Part shown: positions 27,678-41,141 of the stretch, piece after piece
Layout: every line of letters starts with the position of its first letter
How positions within the stretch are numbered: the stretch's first letter is position 1
Assembly: GCA_951406725.2 (NCBI GenBank)
Contig: OX597839.1
Location: 29,884,001-29,948,000 of the forward strand
DNA: 64,000 bases
Source of the DNA: Octopus vulgaris
Lineage: Eukaryota
Reading direction: 5' to 3'
The notes under the pieces: generated by a model
Told to the model about the DNA's origin: nothing
Databases searched by the model: none
Seen by the model: only the letters and a program-made list of their open reading frames with translations
Translations under genes and position numbers: made by a program

Positions 27678-29060
27678 TGGGTGCATCCATGTAGTCTTAA
27701 GCTTATTCTTTTGTTGAAACATGGTATTGGTAACACACAGACTCAGCTCCTCACACATCTGCAGCAAAAGCATGCCATTACTATTACACTTCCCCACCCC
27801 ATGCTTTCCAATTACAGTCCATGTGTTAAAATCCTTACCCACTCTAGCATTAAAGTCACCCAGTACAATGACTTTGTCTGCCCGAGGGATATTTCTTATA
27901 ATGCTCTTCAAAGCATGGTAGAAAGAAAGTTTTTCGTCATCAGTATAGCACATAGTTGGAGCATACACACTCACCAAGGTCATATAATTCTCATGGACAT
28001 AAGACGATCGTTAATTCCGATTGGGAATTCTTCCAACTTGTCCACAAGAGTAGTCTTAACAGCAAATGCCACTCCAGCTTCTCCTCTAAGTTCTTCATCT
28101 CTCCCTTTCCAAAAGAATGTATATTTTCCACAAGATTCTGTAAGATGACCATCTCCAGGTAATCTCGTCTCAGATAAAGCAACGATGTCAAGATCATAGC
28201 GTTGAAGCTCCTTCGCAACAAGCGCAGTCCTTCTTTCAGGACATTCAGAGGACTTATGGTCAAGCAGTATCCGTACATTCCAACAGCCAATATTCATTAT
28301 TTTCTTTGGTTCTATCACAGTAGCATGATGACGGCCGGGTTCAGATTGTGATGCTCTGGAGCCCCTGCCGGGCCAGACTCTTTCAGCCGATGTGGTTCCA
28401 GAGTCCTTACTGCCATTTATTTTTATACTGTTTTGGTACATCATTGATTTTTGTTTTTTAAGTCTACAGTCAGCCATTCAGTTGAGACTCACAGCACTAT
28501 CAACAATCATGAATTAGTTAATCACTTTAATCAATCCAATGTAGTTATCGAGCAATACCTGTGCGAAACGATTTTTTTTAAGTGAGGAAAGGCTGTGCAC
28601 TGAGTCAATCCCACTCACTAAGCAACAACAGCCATAATCCGAAAGAAGAACAAGTCAACATCATCGGTAACTACTGAGTTGCAGGTTTTATGTCGGAGTT
28701 ATCCCAGTTACCTGAGTTACCTTCTCCTAGAAGGATGCCCTAACAAAGGTTAGGAGTCCTTCACTCCCAATGGTTTAACCGCGCGGTCGGGTATTCAGTC
28801 CGATTATTTCTATGTCCCCGCGCATGATACAGTCTTAAGCCTTAAGAAGAAAAAAAACACATTTATTGGATGGCCGTTGACTCTCAAGAGTTCCTCCGCC
28901 CTTTGACAGGTTTTGTTTTTCATCCCGCAGGGTGTCCGATAAACAACCTCCTCACCAAGCAAGCTTGGTGGGGTTACCGGTTTAGTCGCCGACGACCCGA
29001 CCATGCAACAGGTTGTTCTGGGTTACATGTTACCAGTAGCACTCGAAAGTGACCTGCCAT
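27678..29060 (-). mobile_element. RTE-clade LINE 5' portion (5' UTR plus AP endonuclease, frameshifted, no RT)
   Basis: IGCWNVR, ALSETRL, SVYAPT, VLGDFNARVG, TTWMHP motifs. Confidence 0.88.
28975..29058 (-). ncRNA. Candidate HDV-like ribozyme fold at the RTE 5' end
   Basis: P1 GGCAGGU/ACCUGUU, P2 UACUGGU/ACCGGUA, P4 hairpin then CUAA. P3/P1.1 region atypical. Confidence 0.35.
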
Positions 29061-29648
29061 ACAAAAAAAAAATACAGTTATATGTACAATCAAAAGATGT
29101 AAGGATACAATGGTTGGTGAAGAAGAAAGTATGATTTAAATTCGCTTTGTGTATATATTTGTGTGCGGTGCGTGCTGATATATAAAACTGTGTGTATGGG
29201 TTATCTAGAATTCGGGATGTACTTACAGGTATCTTTACGAAGTAGAATGGCGTGTTTTCGATCGTAGTTGCTACACATGGTAACACAGATTTACGACAAG
29301 GAGACACAATTATTTTCTTTTTGTAGAATCATTAAAAGTACTGCTCCAAGGAATATATATATATATATATCACCGTCACCGTGACCGACCAGGCTATCAG
29401 ATGTTGCTACACATCGCTGGTCACAATGCGTTTCGCATTGTTTTAGCCTTTAAATGACGCCACCCCGCAGGCCAACAGAAGAAAGAGTGAGAGAAAGTTG
29501 TGGCGAAAGAGTACAGTAGGGATCGCCACCACTCACTGCCGGAGCCTTGTGGAGCTTTAGGTGTTTTCGCTCAATAAACATTCACAACGCTCGGTCTGGG
29601 AATCGAAACCGCGAGTCCGCTGCTCTAACCACTGGGCCATTGCGCCTC

Positions 29649-29740
<92 letters not shown>

Positions 29741-30232
29741 TAGATAGATACTTATCTAGTTTTTCCAAAGAGATGGGTATTTCCAAGGCAGTGGAAGACT
29801 TTGAACTTCTTTTCAAGTTAAAGTGATACCATGTGCTGTATACGTCTGTGTATATATTTTCTGTTTTTCTCTTCTTTGTATTTCAGATGGTTTTTCTTTA
29901 AATATGTCTTGTTACGTTTTCATTCAAAAGTTATTCAGATAATGATTTTATTTCATTTTATTCTTTTGTTCCGATCAAAAATCGCAGTTAATTTTCAAAT
30001 TTCGTAAAATCCATTATTTGCAATGTTTATAATTACTACATTCGCAAAAGATTCCTTCCTGTTTAATATATTTCACTTTAAATTTCCTCAAGTCAATACT
30101 CAGTCATTCAGGAAGACGTTCAAGGATTTTTTGACTTTTATTTATAATAGCCTTCGCAGCTTTACAGAAATTTCTTGGCGATTTTATAGGAGCTTAAAAA
30201 AACCACATGTTGATTGGAGGCCGACCGGAAGT

Positions 30233-30267
<35 letters not shown>

Positions 30268-30298
30268 CATACATACATACATACATACATACATACAT

Positions 30299-30403
<105 letters not shown>

Positions 30404-30404
30404 A

Positions 30405-30665
30405 ACCTCCGAGTTTCGGATGCCGAGGTGGAAATCCACGCCGCCATCTCTTCAGTTATCCGGCCATCGGAAAAATGCGGAAAAGAATTTTTCCGATGGC
30501 CGGATAACTGAAGAGATGGCGGCGTGAATTTCCACCTCGGTATCCGAAACTCGGAGTTTTATCATGGTTACCGAATAATTTTCACATATTACATTTACAG
30601 ATAAATTCCTCTATTTACATAATATCGAAGTCTTTTTCGTTCTTTTGTTGTCTTACCATTTTTAT

Positions 30666-30670
<5 letters not shown>
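30405..30670. mobile_element. Penelope-like remnant, inverted arms with hammerhead motif (+ 30503-30563)
   Basis: 30408-30475 inverted at 30488-30556. GATAA-CTGAAGA-GATG...TATCC-GAAAC-TCGGA-GTT-TTATC. Sits between (TA)n tracts. Confidence 0.65.
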
Positions 30671-30732
<62 letters not shown>

Positions 30733-31926
30733 TATATATAAATATATATATACATAAAGACCCATGAAGAGGGATTGCACCAAGAAAGTTTCCCTCCGAG
30801 GTACAAGTAATTTGTGGAAGACCAGCAGTTGTCCATGCATACCAGACACTCCTCTTCACATAACCGATATTATTTAGGGGAAACGCAAAGGGGCCGATGC
30901 AGCTTCGCACCAATGACGTCGCAACTCATTTCTAAAGATGAGTGAACTGAGGTAAGATTAAATAAAGCGTCTTGCTCAAGAACACAACACTGAGCCACGT
31001 CCGGGAATCGAACTCACTAACTCATGATAGTGAGCCCGACGCTCTAACCACTGAGCCATGCGCCTTCATCCATCCAGCCATGCATATATACATATAACAC
31101 ATACATACATACATATATAAATACATACATACATACATACATAATACATACATACATACACACATACATACATACATATATAAATACATACATACATACA
31201 TACATACATACATGCATAATACATACATACCTACATACATACATCATACATACATACATACACACATACACACATGCATACATACATACCTACATACATA
31301 CACACATACATACATACATACATACATACATACATACAAACATACACACATATATACGTATGTACGTACATACATACATACGTGCGTACAGATACAAGGA
31401 TCAACTCAGAGCTACACAGAAAGCCACTGGACTTGAGCCTAAATCGTTTCAAATACAAGTCCAGGACCGGACCGAGTGGTGATGGTCCTGCACCATCGGA
31501 ACCAAAACCATCGAAACCATCAGAAGAGAAAGAGAAGAAATGAAACGACGGAAGAGATAGACTTCACAAATACAACCTTGTTCTCCTTCACTGATATTAC
31601 CATGCAGTCAATGCCATCGCCTCTTCTGCGCCAGAATCGGTCTTCGTAGACTTCAAAGCCATTACCATAAAGAAAGCTTTGAGCAAAGAAGAAAACCTAA
31701 ATTCTTGAATTCGAAAAAATAGGCGACGGCAACATACATACACAGATAGATACATTCATACAAACACATGCATACGCGTACATATATACCCACATGTTTA
31801 TGCACACATACATGTTTTTATCAGGACATGTAAACATGTAGACGTTTCACAACGGCTGAAGCAGCAAGAGTAGTAGTAGTGGTGGTGGAGCGAGGTGGCG
31901 GTTGTATTACTAGTAGTGGTGGTGGT

Positions 31927-32491
31927 GGTTGTCCGGAAAGTTCGTGCCGATTTTTAAAGGAAAGAAAAAGGACAATAAATACTTGCCATTACATTTTTAA
32001 TTAACCAAATATGAACCATTTTGTTGCAGAATGCGTTTCCATCTCTCCTTTAACTTGAAAATACCCTCTTCCCAGAATTGGGGTGGTTTCATGGCAAAGA
32101 ATTCATCAAGGTATCTTTTTACGTCATCCAAGGAATTGAAATTTTTACCATTAAGACTATTCCGCAGAGACCTGAAGAAGTGAAAATCCGAAGGAGCAAC
32201 ATCTGGTGAATAGGGAGGGTGGGGTGACACATCCCAGCCGAGCTGCAGCAATTTTTGTCTGGTTCCTAAAGCATCATGTGCCGAAAATGAACCTTCTTAT
32301 ATTCCATTTTAAAGGGTTACAGAATTAACACAGGTTATAGGAACATAAACCTTCTTCCACGAAAAGATAGCTTAGACTGTGCTCTAAATGGAGGTGTAGT
32401 CAAATCCTATTTTATGAACTCGACCATGTTCTAAAATAAGTCGAAAGGTAAGCTACTATAAATCGGCACGAACTTTCCGGACAACCCAATA
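31927..32491 (-). mobile_element. Internally deleted mariner element
   Basis: 27-bp TIRs GGTTGTCCGGAAAGTTCGTGCCGATTT (31927-31953, 32460-32486). Transposase C-terminus PHPPYSPDVAPSDFHFFRSL. Confidence 0.9.
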
Positions 32492-32653
32492 GTAGTAGTG
32501 GTTGTGATAGTAGCTGTAGCGGTGATAGTGGTGGTGGTGGCGGTAGTAGTAGTAGGGGTGTTAGTGGTTGTGGTAGTGTTGGTGGTGGCAGCAGCGGCGG
32601 CGGTAGTAGTAGAACACCATAACAGTTATTTGTTTTCCTTTCTTTCTTTTCAG

Positions 32654-32773
32654 ATATAAATGAATGCGATTTGAGGAACGGAGGTTGTGAGGAGATGTGT
32701 TTCAACACCCCAGGGAGCTTCTACTGTGCCTGCCATCAGGGGTTCAAGCTCACGGACAAAAGACTATGCCTGG
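32654..32773 (+). CDS. Calcium-binding EGF exon 4 ([40 protein letters not shown])
   Basis: Pyrimidine tract plus CAG acceptor, G|GTGAGG donor, 120 nt, phase 1-1. Not in the ORF track. Confidence 0.92.
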
Positions 32774-32993
32774 GTGAGGACATAAAGTTGTTTCTATTTT
32801 GATGTATACATACAAGCACAAACACACACACACACACATCAATATATATGCACACCTAGGAGTAATTAGGGGTGAATCCATGATCCAGAGAATTCCAGAA
32901 CTAGAACCTCTCCTTTGGATGCAGTTTAGTGGATAGGGGGAAATCTGCGAAGTTGAAAAAAAACTGTTCCGTATATTTAAAAGAAAATTTATA

Positions 32994-33049
<56 letters not shown>

Positions 33050-33051
<2 letters not shown>

Positions 33052-34204
33052 TATCGTAAATGCAAAACAACACCACGGAGGAGTCGATGTAATATCAAGT
33101 GATAAACCGCGATAGGTGAAACACGATATGGCGAGGGATTACTGTACAATCACACATACATATATAACGAAAAATAACGAAACTTCACCCGGCATTTGAT
33201 TACTTGTGGACGCGTTTCTGAGTAAGATAGATATGGAGATGCAAGAATTACATCTCCATTCTATCATTCTCTTCAGCAGCACAAAGATTTCAATATTTTA
33301 AATTAGAGAGCACTGAAAAAATTGAACATGCCTATCTGATTCAAGTAACATCAAACACACTATTTTCAGCATCTAGTACCAATGAATTCAAAGCATACGA
33401 ATGAGGCTTCGTATTCTCCATTTTCGTTATTTTTTCCTCTATGCCTACGTGAATTGTTTTTGAGTATACATTGTCTGGGAGATTCTTCTTATAGTAGAAG
33501 AAATAGCTAAGTTCTTTGGCTGCTATTTCTAAAAGTTCAGTATGTGGCAAAGCAAATATTTTGCTGAACCCTAATTATAATTATACTCATAATTATATAA
33601 AGTAATGCTTAAGTTTATCGTAAATGGTACTTTTAACATGCTGAACACTACTTGGTAGAATTATTAATTACTAATCAATTAATTAATTTTACCCTTTATT
33701 ATTATTGATAATATAATTCTCTCCCTGATAATAAACTACAGATTTTTCTGTAGGAATTTGTTGCTCAACAACACACGTGGGTGGATGAAGGAGAATATGA
33801 AGCTTCATTCGTATGTTTTGAATTCGTGGGTACTGGATGTTGAAAATAGTGTGTCTGATATTACTTGAATCAGGCATATTCAATTTTTTCAGTCCTCTTT
33901 AATTTAAAATATTGAAATCTTTGTGCTGCTGAAGAGAATGATAGAATGGCGATGTAATTCTTGCATCTCCATATCTATCTAACTCAGAAACGAGTCCACA
34001 AGTAATCAAATGCCGGGTGAAGTTTCGTTATTTTTTCCTCTATGCCTACGTGAAATGTTTTTGAGTATACATTGTGTGGGAGATTATTCTTATAGTAGAA
34101 GAAATAGCTAAGTTCTTTGGTTGCTATTTCTAAACATTCAGTATGTGGCAAAGCAAATTTTTTTGCTGAACCTTAATTATAATTATACTCATAATTATAT
34201 AAAG

Positions 34205-34210
<6 letters not shown>
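33050..34210. mobile_element. Penelope-like remnant with inverted and tandem segments and hammerhead-like motifs (- 33204-33284, + 33921-34001)
   Basis: ~33170-33330 inverted at ~33875-34035, and 33425-33610 repeated at 34025-34210 and ~3478-3650. TTGTG-CTG-CTGAAGA...GAAAC-G(C/A)-GTC-CACAA. Confidence 0.6.
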
Positions 34211-34275
<65 letters not shown>

Positions 34276-34363
34276 ATATTTCGGAATGGTCATATTGCCA
34301 GTTTAAACGTACTATATATATATATATATATATATACATAATACATACATACATATATATGTG

Positions 34364-34399
<36 letters not shown>

Positions 34400-34422
34400 T
34401 ATACATAATACATACATACATA

Positions 34423-34455
<33 letters not shown>

Positions 34456-34609
34456 GACAGGCTTCTCTGAAGGCTTTGGTCAGCCGGAGGCTATAGTAGA
34501 AGACACTTGCCCTAGGTGCCACGCATTGTGACTGTGCCAGGAACCATGTGGTGGTTAAGCAAGCTTCTTACCACACAGCCTGTGCCTATAACATAAATAC
34601 ATACATACT

Positions 34610-34641
<32 letters not shown>

Positions 34642-34739
34642 TATACTATACACATATACACATACATATATACACTCATATAAACTCGTATTCACTACGT
34701 TTTTCAATCTTATCTGTTTGTTTTTTCTATTTTCCTTAG

Positions 34740-34859
34740 ACATTAATGAATGTGACCACATGAACGGAGGATGTAACCATCACTGCAACAACACCATTGG
34801 TGGACATAAGTGTGAGTGTTTCCATGGTTACAGTCTCCAAAACAGAACACAGTGCTTCG
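34740..34859 (+). CDS. Calcium-binding EGF exon 5 (DINECDHMNGGCNHHCNNTIGGHKCECFHGYSLQNRTQCF)
   Basis: TTTTCCTTAG acceptor, G|GTAAGT donor, 120 nt, phase 1-1. Confidence 0.92.
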
Positions 34860-34925
34860 GTAAGTGGTCAGCTGGTACAGCGGATATTTGCGTGACAGGA
34901 CGTAGGTTTGTGTGTGAGTGTGTTT

Positions 34926-34969
<44 letters not shown>

Positions 34970-35024
34970 TACTGAGCGAAAGTTTGTTCCTGACTGTGTT
35001 GGTAATGTTGTTGTTGCAATTGTT

Positions 35025-35330
35025 GCTGTTTAGCCCCAGGTCAGTCCTGACCCACACAGACCTATGATCAAAGATGTTCCAGCTATGACCATCCCATCTT
35101 TTATTCAGGCATAGTGTATCTAGAACTACATTATCTAATGTATAGTATAGGAGTTAGTATTACTGGCTATATATCTTGTTGTTTAGCCCCACGCCTGTCC
35201 TGGTCCAGACAAGTCTATGATCAAACACGTTCCAGCTGTGACCATCCCATTTTTTATTCAGGCATAGTTTATCTAGGACTACGTTATCTAATGTATAGTA
35301 CAGGAGTTAGTATTAGAGGCTATAGTTGTT
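35025..35330. repeat. Two diverged direct copies of a ~150-bp retroposon-like fragment
   Basis: TGTTTAGCCCCA...TATGATCAAA...GACCATCCCAT...CAGGCATAGT repeated at ~35027 and ~35180. Confidence 0.7.
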
Positions 35331-35401
35331 GTTAGTGGTGTTGCTGTGTATCACGTAAGGCTAGAGATGGAAACGATGATTTCCCTTCGCAAATACTGAT
35401 C

Positions 35402-35462
35402 GATAACTGAAGAGATGCCGGTGCAGGTTTCCGCCCCGACATCCGAAACTCGGAGTTTTATT
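35402..35462 (+). ncRNA. Solo hammerhead motif, same family as 30503-30563
   Basis: GATAA-CTGAAGA-GATG...CATCC-GAAAC-TCGGA-GTT-TTATT. The downstream tail matches 30560-30670. Confidence 0.6.
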
Positions 35463-35571
35463 ATGCCAACCAAATAATTGTCACATAATATATTACGGAT
35501 AATTTCCTCTATTTACATAATATCGAAGTCTCTTTCATTCTTTTGTTGTCTTACCATTACTATTAATATAC

Positions 35572-35634
<63 letters not shown>

Positions 35635-37033
35635 TACGGGTGTATGTGATTGTGTATAGAAGAATATATTAATAAAAGGAATTCCAACCTTGTCTGATTT
35701 TCACGTTTTATTTACAATCTTATAATGATATAATATAAGATAATATAATAAAATAAAATAAAATAAAAATAATAGAATGTTAAATGTTTCATTCTGATTG
35801 AACTAGTACTTTCATGCATTAATTTATGCAATCTTCAGGTTCATGTAGAAGTGGTGACAGTCATGCTTCACAATTTTTGACTGTAGCGAGGAGTGCGTAT
35901 ATATATGCGTAGGAGTGGGCGTGCATGCGTGTTTACGTGTATGGGAATATGTATATATGTGCATATGAATGTGTGCATGTGCATACATACGAGAGTGATT
36001 ATGTGTAAGGGCGTGGGATGTATGTGCGTGCATGTATGAGTGTGTGTGTGTGTATGTATGTATGTATGTATGTGTATGTATTTAGTTGCAACTACGTGGT
36101 TTCAGGTCTCTCGTATTTCGGGTTCTGTCCCACTGCGTGACATCTTGGGTAAGTGTCTTCTACTGTATCCCCGAACCTACGAAAGCTTTGTGAGTGAATA
36201 AGGCAAAGGGAAACTGTTGAGAAACCTGTCGTGTGTGTGTTTCTAACTTTGATCCCACCACCGTGTGAATTACACGGTGACAGTGTTGCTGTGTTTACAT
36301 CCACTTAACTTAGCGCTTCGACAAAAGAGAATATATATATATATGCATACACAAATTATTCAAGGTATTGCCCCAGCATGGCCACAGTCGAATGACTGAA
36401 ACAAGAAAAAGTTAAAAGGTGAATTTTGTCATTTGTAAGATATTTAGGTCAAATAAGAAAAATTTAGGTCAAATAAGAAATATTTAGGTCATTTATTTAA
36501 AATTCAGAAATGAAGCATTCTTGTCTGTTCATCACATTCAACAACTCTGACGTCATAATGAGGCATTAATTTTAAGTTATGATTTTTTTTTCACCACGCA
36601 ACCCACTACCCCTATCTGGACAGATGTTGAGTAATTTTTTGCGCTACGCACTTGGGAGCGATGGGGAGGCCTTTCTGGTAAAAAGGAAAACTCTGTGGAG
36701 GGTGTGTGTGGTTTGGGGGGATATTTGGCTGTTGTTTCTGGCAGATTCTACGACCCCCTGGTACCTTCCTCGTTTCTTCCCCTCCATTTCGGCTCCAGGC
36801 GAGTCCGTGTGTGTGCATGAGAGTGTGTGTGTGTGTGTGCGTGAGAGTATGTGTGAGTATAAGAAAATATATTTACCAAGAGAATAGCATATTATTAAAA
36901 ACAAGTATATCATTAAAAGTATATTAAATATGGTTTCTGATTACAAATATCTTGGGTCATACATATCGTGTGGAAAAGATTTTCTAACTAGAAAGGGTAT
37001 GGCCTGATCAGCCTGTAATGACATGCCTAAGAT

Positions 37034-37256
37034 CTGGACATCGTTGTAGAGCTGAAAACGAGGTAATTTCTACTCTTCTCCTCTAGAAGCCATCTGCTCG
37101 CGATACCAGAGGGCGCAGACTCTCCTACCCTGATGTAATCTCCAGGGATACAGGCATCCAGCAACAGGACCTCCGTAATGCTATGATGGACCGCGAAGTC
37201 TGGCGTAGCATAGTAAATTCCATTGTCTCGACCATGGTCGAACAATGATGATGATA
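37034..37256 (+). mobile_element. LINE 3' end fragment (RTE/Proto2-like)
   Basis: GHRCR...GRRLSYPDVISRDTG...AMMDREVWR followed by (GAT)n tail. Confidence 0.7.
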
Positions 37257-38052
37257 TTATTATTAAAAACAAAAATAATTTTGAAAATTAATCGGAAGTA
37301 ATTTTCCGTCACATCTCACAGAATCAGTAGAAATTTCGACGTGTTTTTGTGAGAGTGTGTGTGCGTGTGTTTTTGTATGTATATGTGTGTGTGTTTTTGT
37401 ATGTATATGTGCGTGTGTTTTTGTATGTATATGTGCGTGTGTTTTTGTATGTATATGTGTGTGCGTGTGTTTTTGTATGTATATGTGTGTGCGTGTGTTT
37501 TTGTATGTATATGTGTGTGCGTGTGTTTTTGTATGTATATGTGTGTGTGTGTTTTCAAAACATCAAAGTAATAAAATGCTTTGATCGCTTATGTGTGCAT
37601 ATACATAAATATATGTGTGCGAAAGTGTATGTATACGTACATAGACACATACAGGCGTACACACAAAATACATAAATACATTCACACAGACACATGCATA
37701 CACACATCACTCACATACATACGCACATACACACATGCATATATGCATACAAACATACATACACGTCTACATACATACATACATACGTACGTACGTACCT
37801 AGATATATGCATGCATACATATATACATACACACATACATCTATACATACAAGCATAAAAACACACACGCACATAAACACACACACATATATATGCATAT
37901 GTACACGACGCGCTTCTTTCAGTTTCCGTCTACAAAATGTACTCAGAAGGCATTGGTCGGCTCGAGGCTATTGCAGAAGACACCCACGTAAGGTACCGCG
38001 CAGTGGAACTGAACCAGGAACGAAGTTTCTTACCACACAGTCACACTTCCGC

Positions 38053-38110
<58 letters not shown>

Positions 38111-38170
38111 TTATTGGTGAATTGAAGAAATGGAGCTGAACGCAGATTGAACAGAAATCGTTTTATTTCA

Positions 38171-38250
38171 TTCTACACGTGTTTCGAAAGGCACAATTTA
38201 CCAAAATCCGATTGAATAATGGGACCATATTGTGTCTTTCTCTTCAGGAA
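38171..38250 (-). ncRNA. Type I hammerhead ribozyme motif
   Basis: UUC-CUGAAGA-GAAAGACACAAU...AUUGUGCCUUUC-GAAAC-ACGU-GUA-GAA, with palindromic stem III. The host element has an inverted segment (38398-38472 vs ~38740-38812) running into the gap. Confidence 0.72.
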
Positions 38251-38812
38251 GAAAATAGGAAATCCGTTGGAAAAAACAAAAACAGAACAGAGGCGGAGCA
38301 AAAACAAATCGAACTAGGCTCCTAAGAGCCCATGGCGAAACTGTTTATCAGTGTATGTTGAGAACCGGTGGCTGAAGAATTTAACGGGTCAGGCATCGGT
38401 CAATCATGTGGGTGAGGGTGTATAGATGTTCTTTGTGACCGAGAATAAAGTTCTGACTATTTAAGGAATATTGGATGTTTTATAAGGGGCGAGAAAAAAT
38501 CTACTTAGAGACGTGTGTGTGTGTATACTGTTCTATATATGTGTGTGTTGGCGTAGGGGTAGAAAACATTTTTTGTGTACGTGTGTGCGTTTGAACGTTC
38601 GGCTGTCAGTGGCTACTGCAGTGAGAACCGTTGGGTGGCAGAGAAAAAAATATATATTCCTTAAATATTCCTTAAAAAATATATATTCCTTAAATATATA
38701 TTCCTTAAATATATATTCCTTAAATATTCCTTAAATCCTATATTCCTTAAATAGTCAGAACTTTATTCTCGGTCACAAAGAACATCTATACACCCTCACC
38801 CACATGATTGAC

Positions 38813-38912
38813 NNNNNNNNNNNNNNNNNNNNNNNNNNNNNNNNNNNNNNNNNNNNNNNNNNNNNNNNNNNNNNNNNNNNNNNNNNNNNNNNNNNNNNNN
38901 NNNNNNNNNNNN
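38813..38912. other. Assembly gap (100 N)
   Basis: Run of N. Confidence 1.
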
Positions 38913-38919
38913 ATATACA

Positions 38920-40174
38920 TATTGATTGATTGATTCTAGTTTCAGCTTATGAGCTGTGGCCATGCTGGGGCACCGCCATTTGATGTTGCTACTTGGTTTC
39001 ACTTCATGGAGGCTTTTTAGCAACTGCTATTTGGTGCATGAGAGAGTTCGATGCAGCTGCCCTCATCTGCCCCTCCTGCCGTGAAGTTGGTTCATCTGGG
39101 ACACCTGACAGGGAGAGATCCAGCTTCATTTTAAAGACATCTGTATCCACCCCATGCAGGTCTCTCAGGTTCTTCGGGAGGATATTGAAGAGCTGTGGGC
39201 CTCGGAAGCCCAGGCTATCACAGAATCTTGTCCTACATCTTGATGGCAGGTTTGGAGTCCTAGGCACCACGCAGTGGCGCCCAGTTCTGGCATTTGCGTA
39301 ACTCTCGATGCCAAAGTTCAGGACACTTCCCTCCAGGATCTTCCAGATGTATATTATGGCATATCTTTCCCGCCTACGCTCCAAGGAATATAATTTTAAT
39401 CTCTTCAGTCTTTCCCAGTAGCTTACATTCTGCATAGAGGCTATCTTCTTTGTGTAGCTTCGTTGGATCGCCTCAAGTTCTGTGATCAACTTGACACTGG
39501 ATGGTGACCATAGCTGAGAGCAATAGTCAAAGTGGCTTAGGACAAGTGTCTTCCAGAGGACCATCATGTTTTCTTGTTCTCTTGTTCTAAAGGTTCTAAG
39601 AATCCATCCAGCCAGCCGTCTACATTTCATTGTCAGTTTAGCAACATGTACATGAAAGGTCGCGTCATCACTCATGTGAATACCCAGGTCACGCACTGAT
39701 TGTGCCTCTGGGATTGCAATCCCTCCGGGTCCAGTGTATTCATTGGGTATTGCATTCAGTTTTGCATGCTGATAGTATAAAGCTTGAAACTTTCCAGCAT
39801 TGAACTGCATGCTATTCTTTTCAGCCCACTTGTATATTTCGTCCAGCTCACATTGCAGGTGTTTAGTGTCCTCAGGGTTCTGTATTGCCTGTGAAACTTT
39901 TGTATCATCTGCATAACTTGTGATCGTGGCTCTCTGCGTGGCTGAGGGCATGTCTGAGAGGGCCATTATGAACAGTAGTGGTCCCAGAACAGTGCCCTGC
40001 GGAACACCGCTCACTATTTGTGTGTTAATGGAGGTGGCCCCATTGGCTACTACCACCTGACTTCTATCCTTCAGAAAGTCATGAAGCCATTCTCCCAGTT
40101 TTCCAACTATGTTGAGATCACGCAGTTTGTGACATATCATTCCATGATCGACGTTATCAAAGGCCTTTGCAAAG
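38920..40174 (-). mobile_element. 5'-truncated CR1-like LINE with uninterrupted RT reading frame
   Basis: [26 protein letters not shown] motifs. About 390 codons open to the stop at 39004, then a short 3' UTR and (AATC)n tail. Confidence 0.92.
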
Positions 40175-40275
40175 TATATATATATATGTATATATATATA
40201 TACATAAGTCACATACCAAAACATTTGATATTTTATATCATCCGACGATATATATATATACATATATACACACAC

Positions 40276-40336
<61 letters not shown>

Positions 40337-40413
40337 CACATATATATATATACACACATATATATACATACATATATATATATACATATATATACATACA
40401 TATATATATATAC

Positions 40414-40453
<40 letters not shown>

Positions 40454-41097
40454 ACATATATATACATACATATATATATATACATATACATATATATACA
40501 TACATATACATATATACATATACATATATATACATACATATACATATATATACATACATATACATATATATACATACATATATACATACATATACATACA
40601 TATACACATACATACATATACACATACATATATATATACATACATATATATATACATACATATATACATACATATACATATATATACATACATATACACA
40701 TACATATATATATACATACATATATATATACATACATATACATATATATACATACATATATACATACATATATATATATATACATACATATATACATACA
40801 TATATATATATATATACATACATACATACATATACATACATATATACATACATACATATATATACATACATACATATTTATACATACATACATATTTATA
40901 CATACATATTTATACATACATACATATATATTTATACATACATATATATATATATATTTATACATACATATATATATATATATTTATACATACATATATA
41001 TATATTTATACATACATATATATATATATATATTTATACATACATATATATATATTTATACATACATATATATTTATACATACATATATATATATTT

Positions 41098-41140
<43 letters not shown>

Positions 41141-41141
41141 C

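Noticed and set aside
40175-40965. N-terminal part of the 653-aa ORF
   Set aside because: Stop-free TA/TACA microsatellite fused by chance to the LINE RT frame.
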